Shown piece by piece: positions 44,301 to 58,380 of a DNA stretch of 64,000 nt. Source of the DNA: Lingula anatina (taxonomy: Eukaryota > Animalia > Brachiopoda); assembly GCA_051362555.1 (NCBI GenBank), contig CM120645.1:11780001-11844000 (forward strand), read 5' to 3'. Position numbers and translations under genes: made by a program. Every line of letters starts with the position of its first letter. Position 1 is the first letter of the stretch. The notes beneath the pieces were generated by a model that worked only from the letters and a program-made list of their open reading frames with translations, searched no databases and was not told where the DNA came from.

Positions 44301-47300
44301 AAATCTGTAATAGTGTTATGTAACATTGTTTCATCATCTTGCTTAACACTAAAAATACAAGTAGGAGATAAGAAGATTAAAGCTGTATTAGACACCGCAG
44401 CTGATGTAACTATATTATCAGACAGAGTGTATGAAAGTATGAAGAATCCTCCTAGAAAATTGAATGATGTGAAAATGTTATGTGCTGGACGCAAAATGAC
44501 AATGGAGGGATTCACAGCAGGGCCATTGAAATTAAAAATAGGAAATAAATGGTATCAAGAACAGGTGTATGTGGCACCCATAGAACAAGACATGTTACTT
44601 GGACTAGATCTTCTTACCCAAAGGGGTCGAGCTATAATTGACACCCAGAATAGAACTCTGCATTACGATGGCATGACATTAACCATGGATAATGACCCAA
44701 AGGGGACATCTCCACAAGTGGCAAGAGTAAAAGTACTCAAACGTCAAGTAATTCCTCCTAACTCAATTGTAAAAGTGCAATGTGTAATGGATGTGAATCT
44801 AATTGATTATGTCATTGAGCCAACAGAAGGGATGAAAGGTAAATTCCTAATACCTAGGGTAATTCGTAATGCAGGGACAGAGCCCATCATGGTACTAATT
44901 AACCCTAGTTACCGTCATCGCCTATTAAAGAAAGGTGCTGAAATAGGAAGGGCTTTTGTTTATGATCAAATAATGACGCCTGGGAAAGAAGAAGAGCAGG
45001 TAATGTTACCATCATGTAATACTTGCTATGATATATCAGAGCATAAAGATGCAACTAAACTAGCAAAGGCTACTTTAGAAAAACATGCAACTTCTAGGAA
45101 GGGAAATCCAGTCACCAAAAGGGTGAATAAAATCACCATAGATGAAAATGAGATCAATGATAAGATGTATGTACCACCCCACTTACAACAGGTGTTTAAA
45201 GAATCTTGCACTGAGCTAAAAGTAGGTCAGTGTGAGCAGTTGGCACAAGTACTGAGAGAATACCAGGACGTTTTCGCAAAGGATGAATTCGACCTAGGCA
45301 ATTTTACAGCGATAGAACATGTGATAGAGACTAGTGGTGCGAAACCTATAAAACAACGAATGAGACGGACACCAATTTGTTTTGCAGAAGAAGAAGGGGC
45401 CCACTTGCATAAGATGTTACAAGCTGGTGTGATTAAAGAATCTACATCAGATTGGGCATCACCTCCAGTGTTAATTCGAAAGAAAGACGGATCAGTTAGA
45501 TGGTGTATTGATTATCGTGCACTTAATGAAGTGACGGTAAAGGACGTGTTTCCATTACCACTGGTGGATGACTGCCTTGATACATTATCAGGTAATGTCT
45601 ATTTTTCCAAGTTAGATGCTAACTCAGCTTATTGGCAGGTACCAATAAGGGAAGAAGACAGGAAAAAGACAGCCTTTATAACCAAGTATGGCCTTTATGA
45701 ACATGTGAGGATGGCTTTTGGTTTATGTGGAGCACCTGCGACTTATGCCAGGATTATGAATCTAGTTTTTAGAGGAATGACATGGGAAACTGTGCTAGCT
45801 TTCCTGGATGATATAGTGGTTCTAGGAAAGTCTTTTAATGATCATTTAAAGAACTTAAGAGAAGCCCTCACCAGATTTAGAATGTATGGACTGAAATTAA
45901 AGCCTAAAAAATGTGCATTTTTGCAAAAGAAAATTGAATTTCTAGGTCGCACAGTAACAGGAGATACTCTTGCTGTATCAGATCATGATGTAAAAATTGT
46001 AAAGGACTGGCCAACTCCGCAAACTTCAAAGGAAGTAGAAAGATTTATGGGCCTAGCTAACTATCACAGGGCTTTTATTAAAGATTTCAGCAAAATTGCT
46101 ACACCATTGTATGCAGTGACTGGAAAGAAGAACTTCCAATGGGAAGAAAAACAGGAAGTAGCCTTTAATCGCTTAAAAGAAGCATTAACTACTCCCCCTG
46201 TTCTCGCAGTGCCAACGGGAACTGACGAGTTTATATTAGATACTGATGCCAGCGAATATGCCATAGGAGCTGAATTAATTCAGGTTCAGAATGGACAGGA
46301 GAAGGTGATTGCATATGGCAGTTATGGTCTCACTAAAGAGCAGAGACGTTACTGCACAACTCGTAAAGAACTACTGGCAGTTGTAAGATTCACTCGACAG
46401 TTCAGACATTACTTACTGGGAAAGCCGTTTAAAGTAAGGACTGACCATTCAAGCTTAAGATGGTTGATGAGATTTCGGGAGCCGCAGGGACAGTTAGCGC
46501 GATGGATGGAGGAATTATCGCAATATAATATGGTGTTATCCCATAGAGCGGGGCGTAAACATGGGAATGCTGATGCGTTGTCTAGAGTTAGCCATACCGG
46601 GCAGTGTGTCAACATAAGCACCAAAGGGCGGCTGGTTGACCTACCTTGTGGTGGGTGTGATTATTGTAAGCGGGCTCAGAAGAACTGGGCCAGGTTTGAA
46701 GAAGAGGTGGATGATGTGGTGCCATTGGCGACTCGGGGAGTTAATAGCCAAAGGGCAATAGACATCCAGGGTGAAGATTTCTCATCAGACCAAATATGCA
46801 ACAATGGCAAGACGGTCTATACAGTAACGGTAGACTCAGAAAGGGAGTATACTGAACCAGAAGTGCTGGGAGAAAGAGTAGATGGTATTCCAGAGGAAAG
46901 TATAGAAGATATGCCAGAATTTAAAGTTATGCAGTGCATAATTGACAACATTCCGTGGGATCCAGGAGAATTAATTCAGGTGAATATGGTAAAGACCAGT
47001 CACCAGGCACCAGGGGGAGCTACTCAGAAAGCTGATGATAGCTCTTCACAATTAACCAGTTGGGGTTATTCTGTTGATGAAGTGAAACAGGCACAGTCAG
47101 CAGACAGTGAGTTGAAAGTGATAATAGATTACAAAGTGGATGCTAATGAACCAGATCAGTCTATTCTATTTAGAGGCAGTCAGGCATTGAAAGCATACTG
47201 GCTGAATAGAGACCTGTTTACCATCATTAATGATATCTTGTATTGGTGTGATCCAATTAGTGAGGATAAAAGGTTAGCGTTACCCTCCAGTTGGCGTGAG

Positions 47301-50300
47301 GAGGCCATGAGGATGCATCATTGTTTACCATCAGCAGGGCATCAAGGAGCTAAAAGGACTAAAGAGCGCCTTAAAGAAAGATTTTACTGGTACGGCATGG
47401 GCCGTGAAATTGATAACTTTGTCATGGGATGCCCGAGATGTAATCAGAATAAAAAGTCATCAAGACAGGGAAAAGTCCCTCTTAGAGAATTCCAGGCAGG
47501 TGCACCCATGGAGAGAGTACACTTAGATTTCCTTGGCCCTTTACCAAAGACGGCTAAAGGAAATGAGTATATTTTAATGATGGTGGATCAATTTACTAAG
47601 TGGGTTGAATGCATCCCACTTCCGTCTCAGTCAGCTGAAGAAACTGCAAAGGCAGCTATAGATCAATTTTTCTCTCGTTTTGGAGTTCCTTTTGAAATTT
47701 TTACAGATCAAGGGAGAAATTTTGAATCAAAATTATTTTTAGAAGTGTGCCGGGTTTTAGGAATCTATAAAGCACGAACAACACCATACCGTCCCTCAAG
47801 TAACGGTCAAGTAGAACGCTACAATCGGACATTGATGGATGCAGTGAGGTGTTTTACAGAAAAGTCACAGAATACCTGGGATGTGAATTTGCAACAAATA
47901 GCTGGAGCATTAAGGGCTTCAGTGAACAGGATGACCGGATTCACAGCAAACAGACTAATGTTAGGTCGTGAGGTGAATGCACCCGCTGACTTAATGTTTC
48001 CTCAAAGGAGGATTAATAATGAAGATCCTGAAAATTATGCTGCACAGTTAGCTGAAGATATGAAGGAAGCACATGAGATTGCTCGCAGAAAGCTGCAAGC
48101 AGCCTCTAAACGTATGAAAAGAGATTATGATCTCAGGATACTGGAGAGAGCATATGAGGTTGGTGATGCAGTGTATATATTGGACACAGCAGATACTAAA
48201 GGCAAATGTAGAAAATTATGTCCACCGTGGAAAGGACCTGGAGTGATTGTAGCCAAATTAAGTTCTAACTTATTCCGAGTGAAGGTTAGAAATGCAGTGT
48301 TTGTGGCCAATCATGACCGACTTAAGCCGTGTAAAGACACGGAATTACCACAGTGGATTGGACATTGGAGGAAAAATCCAGAGAGTCATGCGACCCGAAG
48401 GGGTGATGACAGAGTCTACTGTAACTGCCGACAGCCATGGCACGGTAGATTTATGATACAGTGTGACTTCTGTGGTGAATGGTACCATGGCTCCTGTGTG
48501 AATGTGACTGCTACTGATGCCTTGGAGATTAATAAATATAAATGTCCGGATTGTTTACGCCGAGCAAAAGTGCTGGTGTAAAAGAATGTACATTATAGTA
48601 AAAGTACTGATTTCAAGGGACAAGTAGCAGAGGGAGGAGATCCTAGCAAAGGCTAGTATATATGTAGATCGGTTGGCACCAGAAATGTAATTTGTTTTTC
48701 AGGCCAGACTTGGTATGACCTGGTTAGATGGTCGTGGCAGGGGTGTAAGTGACATTCCTGACTGCGAGTACTATGTACACAGCCCTGAAAGTGAAGGGAG
48801 GTGTCTAGTAAGGTGGGGGTTCAATCTTTTTGGATAAAGAGGGGAAGAGTGTAGTGCCAACGGGTATGTTTATGTCTCGATCTGAAAAGGCAGATCACAT
48901 GACAGGACTGAAAGCGAGACTGACTGACAGATAGTTTTTAGCCGGACTTCTACATGAAAAGACGTGCTATCCAAGAAATTAAGAAAGTGACAATTTGGTT
49001 CAAGCTAAAGAGCTTTAAAGGTAAGAAACATACTATTACCTTAATTAGAATCCAAAGGGAATTCTACATCCCAGTGAAATAAAAACTTGTAGAAACTCGC
49101 CAAGCAAACTTAAATATTCCATGGTAAAATTTACCAAGTTTATTTTCCAGAAAGCTGGCCGAACTGTCTGTGGAAGAGTTCATGCAGCAAAGTTTTGACA
49201 CAGGGAGTGAGGACACAGACACACCTGGGACAAGCTCTGAACAGGGAACAAACCAACATGAAAGTAAAAAGAAGAAAAAGAAGCAGCTTAAGAAAAATGC
49301 TAAGAAAATAGAAAAGTATGGATTTACTCAACAGTTAGTGAATTAACCACTGCTTTATGAACGCATACTTTTTTTTTACCAAAATGAGAATGTTAAATCA
49401 TTGCTTGATTTTAAACTTTTTAGGGCTACTTTGAAGCTACATAGGGTAATATTAACATTTGAAATACAAAGTACAAGATGATGTTTGATATTATTGGAAT
49501 GATGTTATATGGGTTATCCCAAAATAATTTTATTTTTCAAAATAGAAAAAGTACTGTACACTTATTAAAGTTAGTATTACATTTGTTTTGATTACATATA
49601 TTAAACTGTAAAGAAGCAGTTTCATGTTTATTTGAAACACATATCAATGCAATGAAGTTTTTTTTTTTTTTTTTAAGTCAAGTTTCTGTTTTTCCTATGC
49701 CAATGCATGCCTTTTTTATTTGAACATCAGTTGACCATACAGCCTTTGCTGCCTAGTTAATTCTAATATAGTAGGGTACTACTCTAAAAATTAATTTATA
49801 ATTTAGAGGCAGCAAAAAAGTGGATCAGGATCCAAATCCATCATCTAAGAAAACTTCAGAAGCAAGCAAACATAAACAGTCGCTGGGAAAACTGAAGGAC
49901 AGTGATCCTGAGTTTTATGAGTTTCTGAAGGGAGAGGACAAGGAACTTCTGGACTTTGACTTGTCTGGAGATGAAGATGATGGTACAAGTGATGAAGAGC
50001 AGGTGCACAAAGTCCCCAGTAAGCTTGAGGTAATGGAAACATGTCCATGTCCCCATGTTTTAATCACTATGATTGTTTTATTCAATTTGCTCTAAGCATA
50101 TGTGACTCTAATCGTTTTGCTTATTATAAAAGATGGAGTTTCTTCAGATTAAAATGGTTTAGACTGGAAATAACATATAAGTTTTAATTGGTTATTTTCC
50201 TGGCACCATCAACACACTCTTTAATAAAAAATCACCTTCACAAGTTCCTGGCACTTACCTGTTATTAATTTTTTCCTTAATTTGGTTTAAGTGAAGTATA

Positions 50301-53300
50301 CATAGTAAATCATAATGTGAATAACATGAAAAATGTATGCTTACTAAAAGAGCATAGTAATTATCACAACCAAGAATACACAGAATACTATTTTACAAAG
50401 ATTTTTGTGAGAAACCTAGTACCCAGAAATTTTACTTTTTTTAGAATAAAAAAACTGTTTGTACAGTGCAACTACGTATGTGTCTGCAGGTACCCCTGAT
50501 GAGCGTTATTGGCTATGGATAGGATAAAGATAATTTACACTCTTTTCATTTACCACCAGGTTGCCAGTGATGATAGTGAGGGAGAGTTGTCCATCCCCAG
50601 CTCTGATGAAGATGAAAGTGAATCAAAGAAGAAAACAAAGAAGAAAATTTCAAGTCGTACTTTGGTCACTCTGAAGATGGTCAATCACTGGACACAATCA
50701 TTACAGGTAGTCAAAAAAATATATACTGTTGCAGGGTTAAGAAAAAGTATACGGTTATTACAAATACCAAGCTTTACACTTTGGGACTGAAAAAGTTGTA
50801 TGGGTCTCATGTAAGGCTCAAAAGGTCTCAATAAGTCCCAGTGAAAAAAAAAAAAAAACATTTCACAAGACACAGTCAAGATAAACAGGAAGTTTAGTCT
50901 TGCAGTGTTGAGGTGATCAAACAATATAGACACAGTCCTATATTAGCAAAAAGTTTGGAGGGTGACTCAGTAGTGAGAAAGAACTGTATTATAGTATAAG
51001 TAATCTTGCTGTGAACCATTAAGTGAGAAGTTACAATGGCACACTTTAGTGTACTATATGTTGTTGTTCCTTCAGGAGGGGTCTTCACTGTCCATCCTCC
51101 ATGATGTGGTGGCAGCATTCAAGGCTGCTGTGCAGCAAGCAGGGGGTGAGGATGACGCAGAGGTCAATAAGTACAAAGTAGAGGGCAGCACAGGTCAGTA
51201 TCCTATAGTTACTGTAACACTATCTTACACTGTAAATCTTTGACCTAATAGGATGTCTTACTGCCTAACACTTTTAAAGCAGTCATTATGACTTAATTTA
51301 TAAGAAAAAAATCCAAATCGAAATCATGCTGGAAAACCTGTTTTGATAAGAGATGGCTATTTGGTGTTGCTTTGTCATATGATCTAAGAAATGCATTTAG
51401 TTACACCATTTTGAGAAAATAGATGAGATGAATTCGAATTGGAGCAGTCAAAGTCAGTTTTGTTAATGATTTGCCATGAGATGAACTTGTCAATATGTTT
51501 TTATGGACTCTTGTATTAAATCAAATTGCATAGAGAGTGAATATCAGTAGTAAGTCAGTTGAGCTTGATTTTGTTAGAAAGCTCTCTTTGTACTTTGTTG
51601 AACAAACTGTCATTTTATAGTCCATACTTGTGTGAATGTACATGTTTACTTTAAGTTTTCATATTTTGTCTGTATTCCAGTTTTCAATGCCATTGTACGC
51701 CTGTGTTTAACTGAACTGCTACCAGCCTGGCGACATGTTCTAGCACTGCCAGAAACTAAAGAAAACAAGAAGCCACCTCTTCCTTCTACTAGTAAACAGT
51801 GGGCCAAGGTGCGACTGGATGTGAAGTTGTACCTCACAGAATTGATCAGGGTATTTTTTCGTTTTTATTTTTCATATTGCATTACAATACTTGATGTGAA
51901 AATACTAGTATATATTTACATGGCAAATTCATGAGATTAAATCTTTTCTCTGAAAAAATGTTTTGTTGTTAGTTTTCTTACAGTACTTGAATATTATTTG
52001 TATTAGGCACCTGAACTAATTGTCAGATTGTAGTACAGATTATGGCAGTTTCAAATTTTGAACAAAATTCTATCATATTTCCTTGTACAACTTGGCAGGT
52101 TGTGAAAAAAATATTATTACGCTCTCTGTCATTTGTTTTGTTGCATTTTTTCTTCCAAAGGATATCAGTTTTTCCGATGTTGTTAATAAAGAAAAATTTA
52201 AAATATTCATAATTTTAAAACCTTTTTCTTTTCCAGTTACTGAGTGAAGTGGGGGAATCTACCATTGTAAATATACTGCTGAAACATGTCCACCAGTTGG
52301 TGCCTTTTATTGCTTGCTTTCCAAAAGTGGCTCGTATTGTTGTCAAGGTGAGGGTCATAAGATGTCAAGGTCACCAGGTGTCAAGGTCACTAGATAGTCA
52401 GCAGGGGCTCATTTCAAAGGAAACCTGAGTTTAAATTTATTCACACACACAATATAAAAAACTAAAAACTGTGGTCTGTTTTATTCTAGGTCAGTTAGTA
52501 GAAGTTTACATTAAAAGTAGGGACTGTCTACCTGAAACAGTAGCCGATGCTCTTGTGAGACAGTTCTAATACCCTGGGGCCGGTTTCACAAAGCAGTAGT
52601 TAGTTATAACAACTAACTACTGAACTACCTCGCTAACGAGCAAACTTAGCGATTTTCGAGGGGTGTTTCACGAAGCAGTCGTTAACTCATCGCTAAGTTC
52701 AGTCGTAAAGTTCGGTCGTTAGTTCTCTCGTTACTCACCGTAGTCTCGAAACCGTCTGCCGGAAGAAGAACTCTTGCGTAAAAGTGTCACGAAAGCACTA
52801 ACTCTCCAATTTTTGGTGGCTGGAAATGCATAAGAACGTCTGCTTTGAGGTCGTCGTAAAGGATCTCCACCACCTTTTTGCGTCTCTTTTTGTCACAGCT
52901 AGGCGCAACCTCTCGTAAATTGCATCATCGTGTGTATATTCTAATAGATTCTGCCTTTCATGAAAACGTCGTAGTCTACGTTGCCGTCTGGCGGTACGGA
53001 TAGCAAGAAAAGTAGCCGCCATATTGGATACAAAGACAAACGACAGACAACGGTAACTAAGCAACCTTTTTATTTCACTCATTACGCATGCGTACGATGA
53101 AACTCTAGAGTTAGCGACTGGTCTGACCAGTCGTTAAATATCCAAGGCAACAACGAGACAATAACGAGCGAGAGAACTAGCGACTGCTTCGTGAAACGGC
53201 ACTATAACTAGCGATAGGCTAACTACCGATCGCTAACTAACTACTGCTTTGTGAAACCAGCCCCTGAAGACCACTAGTTTGTTTCTCACGTCTTTAAATA

Positions 53301-56300
53301 ATTCATCTGGTCATCTCAAATAGGGTAGATTTCAAGATTTTTTGAGACATTTTATTGTCAGTAGTAGGTTGCATATTTCTCCTTTTACTACCCTATATTG
53401 CACAATCATATTAAACTTAAATGAAATGGTCGAAAGTGGTTGTTTTCAAGGGAGTTATACTGTTTTTCAGAAACTGATTTCACTGTGGAGTTCTACAAGT
53501 GAGGAGACTTGCAGGGTGCTGTCGTTTCTGTCCATTAACAAGTTGGTGAGGCTGTTGCAGAATGCACTGCTGGAGCCCACACTCAAGGTAGGAGAAATAG
53601 GGATAAAGAAATTCAGGGCTTTTGATTTTATTAATAAATGCTCATTATAGTAGCTAGTATTCAAACAGTAACTGTAGTTGTTTGGGTAGCTTATTAGTCA
53701 TTTTTCATCGTTATTCCTGGTGAAAATGAGTAAGGAATGCACATTCAGTACCTCTTAGTATGAAAAAATTCTAGCTTAGGGGATACCTGATGATAAATGA
53801 TGCATTCTGCTGTGCTGCATACAGTCGGAAGAAATCGCCTAATTTGCATTTTGCACACAAACTCCATTGTGTTAACATTTGAATTCTCTTGTGCGGAATC
53901 TAAAGTGGCATCTCACCAAGGCAGAATTCAAATATACATGATTTGAACTACTTCTTGACAATGACAAATATACATTTTAATGTATTGTAATTGCAGCAAA
54001 TGTACATGGCGTACGTCCAGAACTGTAAGTTCACATCACCCTCCACACTGCCGATGATCAACTTCATGCAGCGCTCCCTGGTGGAGATGTTTGCCATTGA
54101 TGTCAGGCTGACCTATCAGTATGCTTTCATCTATATCCGCCAACTGGCTATTCATCTGAGAAATGCCATTACAGTAAAGAAAAAGGTGAGTCACTGGAAA
54201 GAAATTAAGGAGGATTATAGAAATGAAGTGAATGCTAGCTGTTTAACCAGTTTGAATATTATCAGATAAGGTTTACATTTGTAATTGTAATCATTATAAT
54301 CGCTTTATATTTATCTCCAGACTTATATTTAGAACTATTTAAATCACTGCTTAAAAAGTGGCCCATCATTTTAAGTCTGTGTGTTAGGAATTGAAAGTTC
54401 TCTTAGATTAGGATTCCCAAAACTAGCATTGGTGGGAAACTTTTCATGGTTTGATATCAACCAGGCTACTTTTTTTTCTTAATTGTATTATACATGATTT
54501 CTCATATTAAATTTATTATACTAGTCTGGGCTGTTTATTTTAAAATTTCTTCACACAGTGATAGGTCTAAGAACTATTGACCTGGCCTTTGTCAATCTGA
54601 TGTTATTTACCAGCAGTTGAGAATGCATTGTGTATATTTGTAGGATATTTGCCAAGCATTATATAATTGGCAGTATGCTCACTGTGTATATTTGCAGGAT
54701 ACGTGCCAAGCAGTATATAACTGGCAGTATGTTCACTGTCTCTACCTCTGGGCAAGGTTACTAAGTACAGTCTATCCCAGCGACACCCTGGAACCACTGA
54801 TATATCCACTCACCCAGACCATTATTGGTACCATTAAGTAAGGGATGTAGTTTAGAATGAAAATAATGTTTAAGTGTACATTCTTTGACTGAGTGACCTA
54901 TGAAACACACACACACACGAAAAGTGGATTATGTAAATCTTTTTGTCTTTCATAAAAAAGGGTGTGATATTTCTAATCCTCTCTGTTACATATTTATAAA
55001 GTGTTAAAATCCTTCTCTCTTTCCAGATTGATACCTACAGCCAAGTACTACCCACTGCGTTTCCACTGTATAAAAACCTTGAACATGCTGAGCAAGGCCA
55101 CCAATACCTTCATACCAGTGCTGCCATTTATACTAGAGGTAAAACGATAGTTTTTTATATTACTGATGTTCTTTTTCTTACTCTTCATGTAACATGCACA
55201 GAATATTAGTTATGTAAGCAAACTTCTGCTGATTTGTCCTAGATCATAGTAAGTAGTTTAAATAAACTTCTTTTAGGCATTTACTTTTGGTTTGTCCATA
55301 GTTGTTTTATTTTCACCTATGACACTTAGGCAAAATAAGTTTTAAATTAAATTTTCTATTTTGAGTTGGGCCTTTTATGTCCCAACAGTGCAAGCAATTA
55401 CTGAGGCACTATTGTGTTGGAAATAAAACCATTAAAAGTGGTGTCCTAATAAAGAAGTGCAGTTCATTGATAAATTTGACACATTTCACATCATTTCAGG
55501 TGTTGGAGCAGACAGACTTTAACAAGAAGCACTCCAAGGCCAGTTTCAGGCCCTTGAACTTTGCATGTATTCTGAAAGTATCCAAAGCTCAGCTGCAGGA
55601 AAAGGCATTTAAGGTAGACAGTTCAGCAGTTATAACTTTTCGTTTTTAGTTACTCAAGTGCATTTTCTTCTGGAAATCAGTTTCCCCACAGAATCCTTCT
55701 CTGTTGACTTTTGTAATAAATTGAATAAATTTATATTATTCACCTAATAACAGATTTGAAGCATAACTATCTATTTTTTAATTGAAAATTATAAAAAAAG
55801 TTATATTTTAAATTTGAGGATTTTTTTTATTGAATGACCTATGAAACAAATATTATTATTATTATTATTATTATTATTCTTATTATTATTATTAAGGACG
55901 GGTTGATAGACCAGGTATATGAGCTGTTGCTGGAGACATTCAATATCCATGCACATACTATTGGTTTTCCTGAGTTGGTTTTACCAGCTGTTATGCAGGT
56001 AAATATGGCTGAGTGCAGACAAATGCCCTCTTATGGCAGAAGGGCCTTCCCTAGGGAACATGTCATTTAACTTCTTTTAGAAATTAGTAAACCGATTTTA
56101 AAGCAACTCCTTGTAAATGTTTCTTCGATAATGTTAACCTCTTTGACAGCTAGAAGAATCTTTTTAAAAATGCAAACTTAAAAACTACTGCTATGTTGCA
56201 TTCTATTTTACAGTTAAAGGAGTCATTAAAGAAGTGCAAAGTTGCTAATTACTGTCGTCAGCTGAAGCAGGTTTTGGAAAAAGTGAATGAGACAAGCAAA

Positions 56301-57614
56301 GTGATTGGTCAGAGGAGGAAAGAGGCAACCTTTGACCTCAAAGACCCTAAATCTGTGGTAAGCTTTAACTCATTTTTTGTTTCAAATGGTCATTTTGTTA
56401 AAAGAAAGAACTGTGAAAAATGAAGAAAAGTGTGAAAAAAGGGTAAAAAAAAGAAATTGCAATTACCTCCAACCAATTTTATCAATCTAAGCGATTGTAA
56501 AGACAGAAATTTTAAGTTTTAGGTGACAAACTGGTCACTGTAAGGGATCCATTTTTTGATGACATCTCTTGAGACACCTTATATTTGAAGAAATTATTTT
56601 TTTAGGATGCTTGGGACAGGAAAAGCAAGGAAGAAGGCACTCCACTTGGGAAATTCTACGCTCAGTGGCGAAAACTGAGGGACACAGAGCTGCAGCATGA
56701 GATAGCTGGAAAAGAAAGAGTGAGCACTGATTTTCCCTGTCCCTCTGTACTTCTTGGAATTAGATATGACTGATTTTTAAAAATATCTTTTAATTCTAAA
56801 TATGCTGAAAGCTTGTTGCTCAGTTAAAGTGCTTTTGCCTTTCTTTCAATGCCATTGCAGGGCCATAACCAGATCAGATATCTCAAACAAATTATTCAAG
56901 ACTTAAATTTTGTGGCTTGCTTTTATTTTTCCCCGGTAATATATTCAGGTTATACAGATTATACTTTAATATATGCTAACACCTAAGTATGTAAAAGGGT
57001 GGAATAAAAGTTAAGATTTATATTATACAAAATACATTTTTTGCACAAAGGTTTGTAGTTTTATTGGAGACAAATTCTGTCATTCATTTCTATGGTAACA
57101 GTATATTACCATCTATAAAAATTGGTTACATTCAGCGAATGAGGGCAAGGGGATAATAAGGGGTATTAACAGTAAGCAATTTTACAAGGAGTTAATATTT
57201 TGTAACACACAGTTTTCAGTTTTCATATAATTGCTTTCAGATATCTACAGACAAGTTGCCAGAGGTGGTTCGACAAAGAGGACCTCAGAAGGCAACAGCA
57301 GATGAAAGAAAGGAGTTTTCTGCATTGTTTGATTCCGAGAGTGAGGAGTCCATGGATGATGAGACAAGGTACTTGATTGGGTAAAAGTAGGATGGTAGAC
57401 ATTGGTTGTTTAATACTCAGTGATGAATTTCTTCTGTAATGTCAGTCTGAGAAGAATTTCATCAGCTGTGTAATGTTACAAGAGTAAAGTTATTATCTTC
57501 ATTTGACAGCTAATATTGAAATGCTTTACCTCCAATATTTCAGTGTCTGTCCAGAGCTTCTTCATCTGGGAATGATACTATCCAGGTGAATAGCCTTTAT
57601 TCAGGAGATATACT

Positions 57615-57646
<32 letters not shown>

Positions 57647-58321
57647 CCACCACCACCACCACCACCACCCCCCACCCACCCACCCACCTAATGTCTTAAG
57701 AAAAACAAGTATAGGTCTGTTATGTCCTTTTGAAATGCCATTAACAAATGTTGGTGGAACGTACCCTGTGAAGGTGGTCCATGCCTCTCTGAATTGCTCA
57801 TCACTCGTGTTAAGAGAAAGTGCCCTTAGTTGTCATTATGAGCTCTAAAGAATAAAAAAATCTTTTTCAGATTTCAGCCAAAGAGTGAACGTCAAAAGAA
57901 GAAAAAGAAAAAAGAGACTAAAGAAGAGTCTGATTCTGAAGAAGACTATAGGTATGTTTTCCTGGTTGTTTGATTTCTTAGCCAAAATATTCAAATACTT
58001 AGTTTTATGCAAATATTGTAAATACTTCAACACAATAACAAATATCTAAGGAAATTTTCTGAACTTTCTTTACACACATTTATTGAATTGGAATCGGTTA
58101 AATATTTTTCTCTGACTTATCCAAATGCAGGCCATCGTATTACCATACTGTGGTATCAATTATTTGAGACAGTATGATCTTTCATCAAGTTTTATACATT
58201 GTGACAATCAACTTTTGTCATAAAACTGTTATAGATATGAAAATGCGATCTGGTATATTTCATATTTGAGCTATGTAATTATCATGACAAGTTGGCACAG
58301 TGGGAGTGAGTTTAAGTACAG

Positions 58322-58380
<59 letters not shown>

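Larger units (their letters stand above)
41697..49068 (+). mobile_element. Full-length Ty3/Gypsy LTR retrotransposon in NOC2L intron 1
   Basis: TG...CA LTRs at 41697-41915 and 48850-49068 (219 bp, identical by eye). TSD TCCC (41693-96, 49069-72), PBS at 41917, PPT at 48836-48849. Gag plus Pol in PR-RT-RH-IN order. Confidence 0.97.

Noticed and set aside
48582-48849. Possible env or third ORF in the retrotransposon
   Set aside because: Only ~270 bp lie between the pol stop and the 3' LTR, with no ORF.
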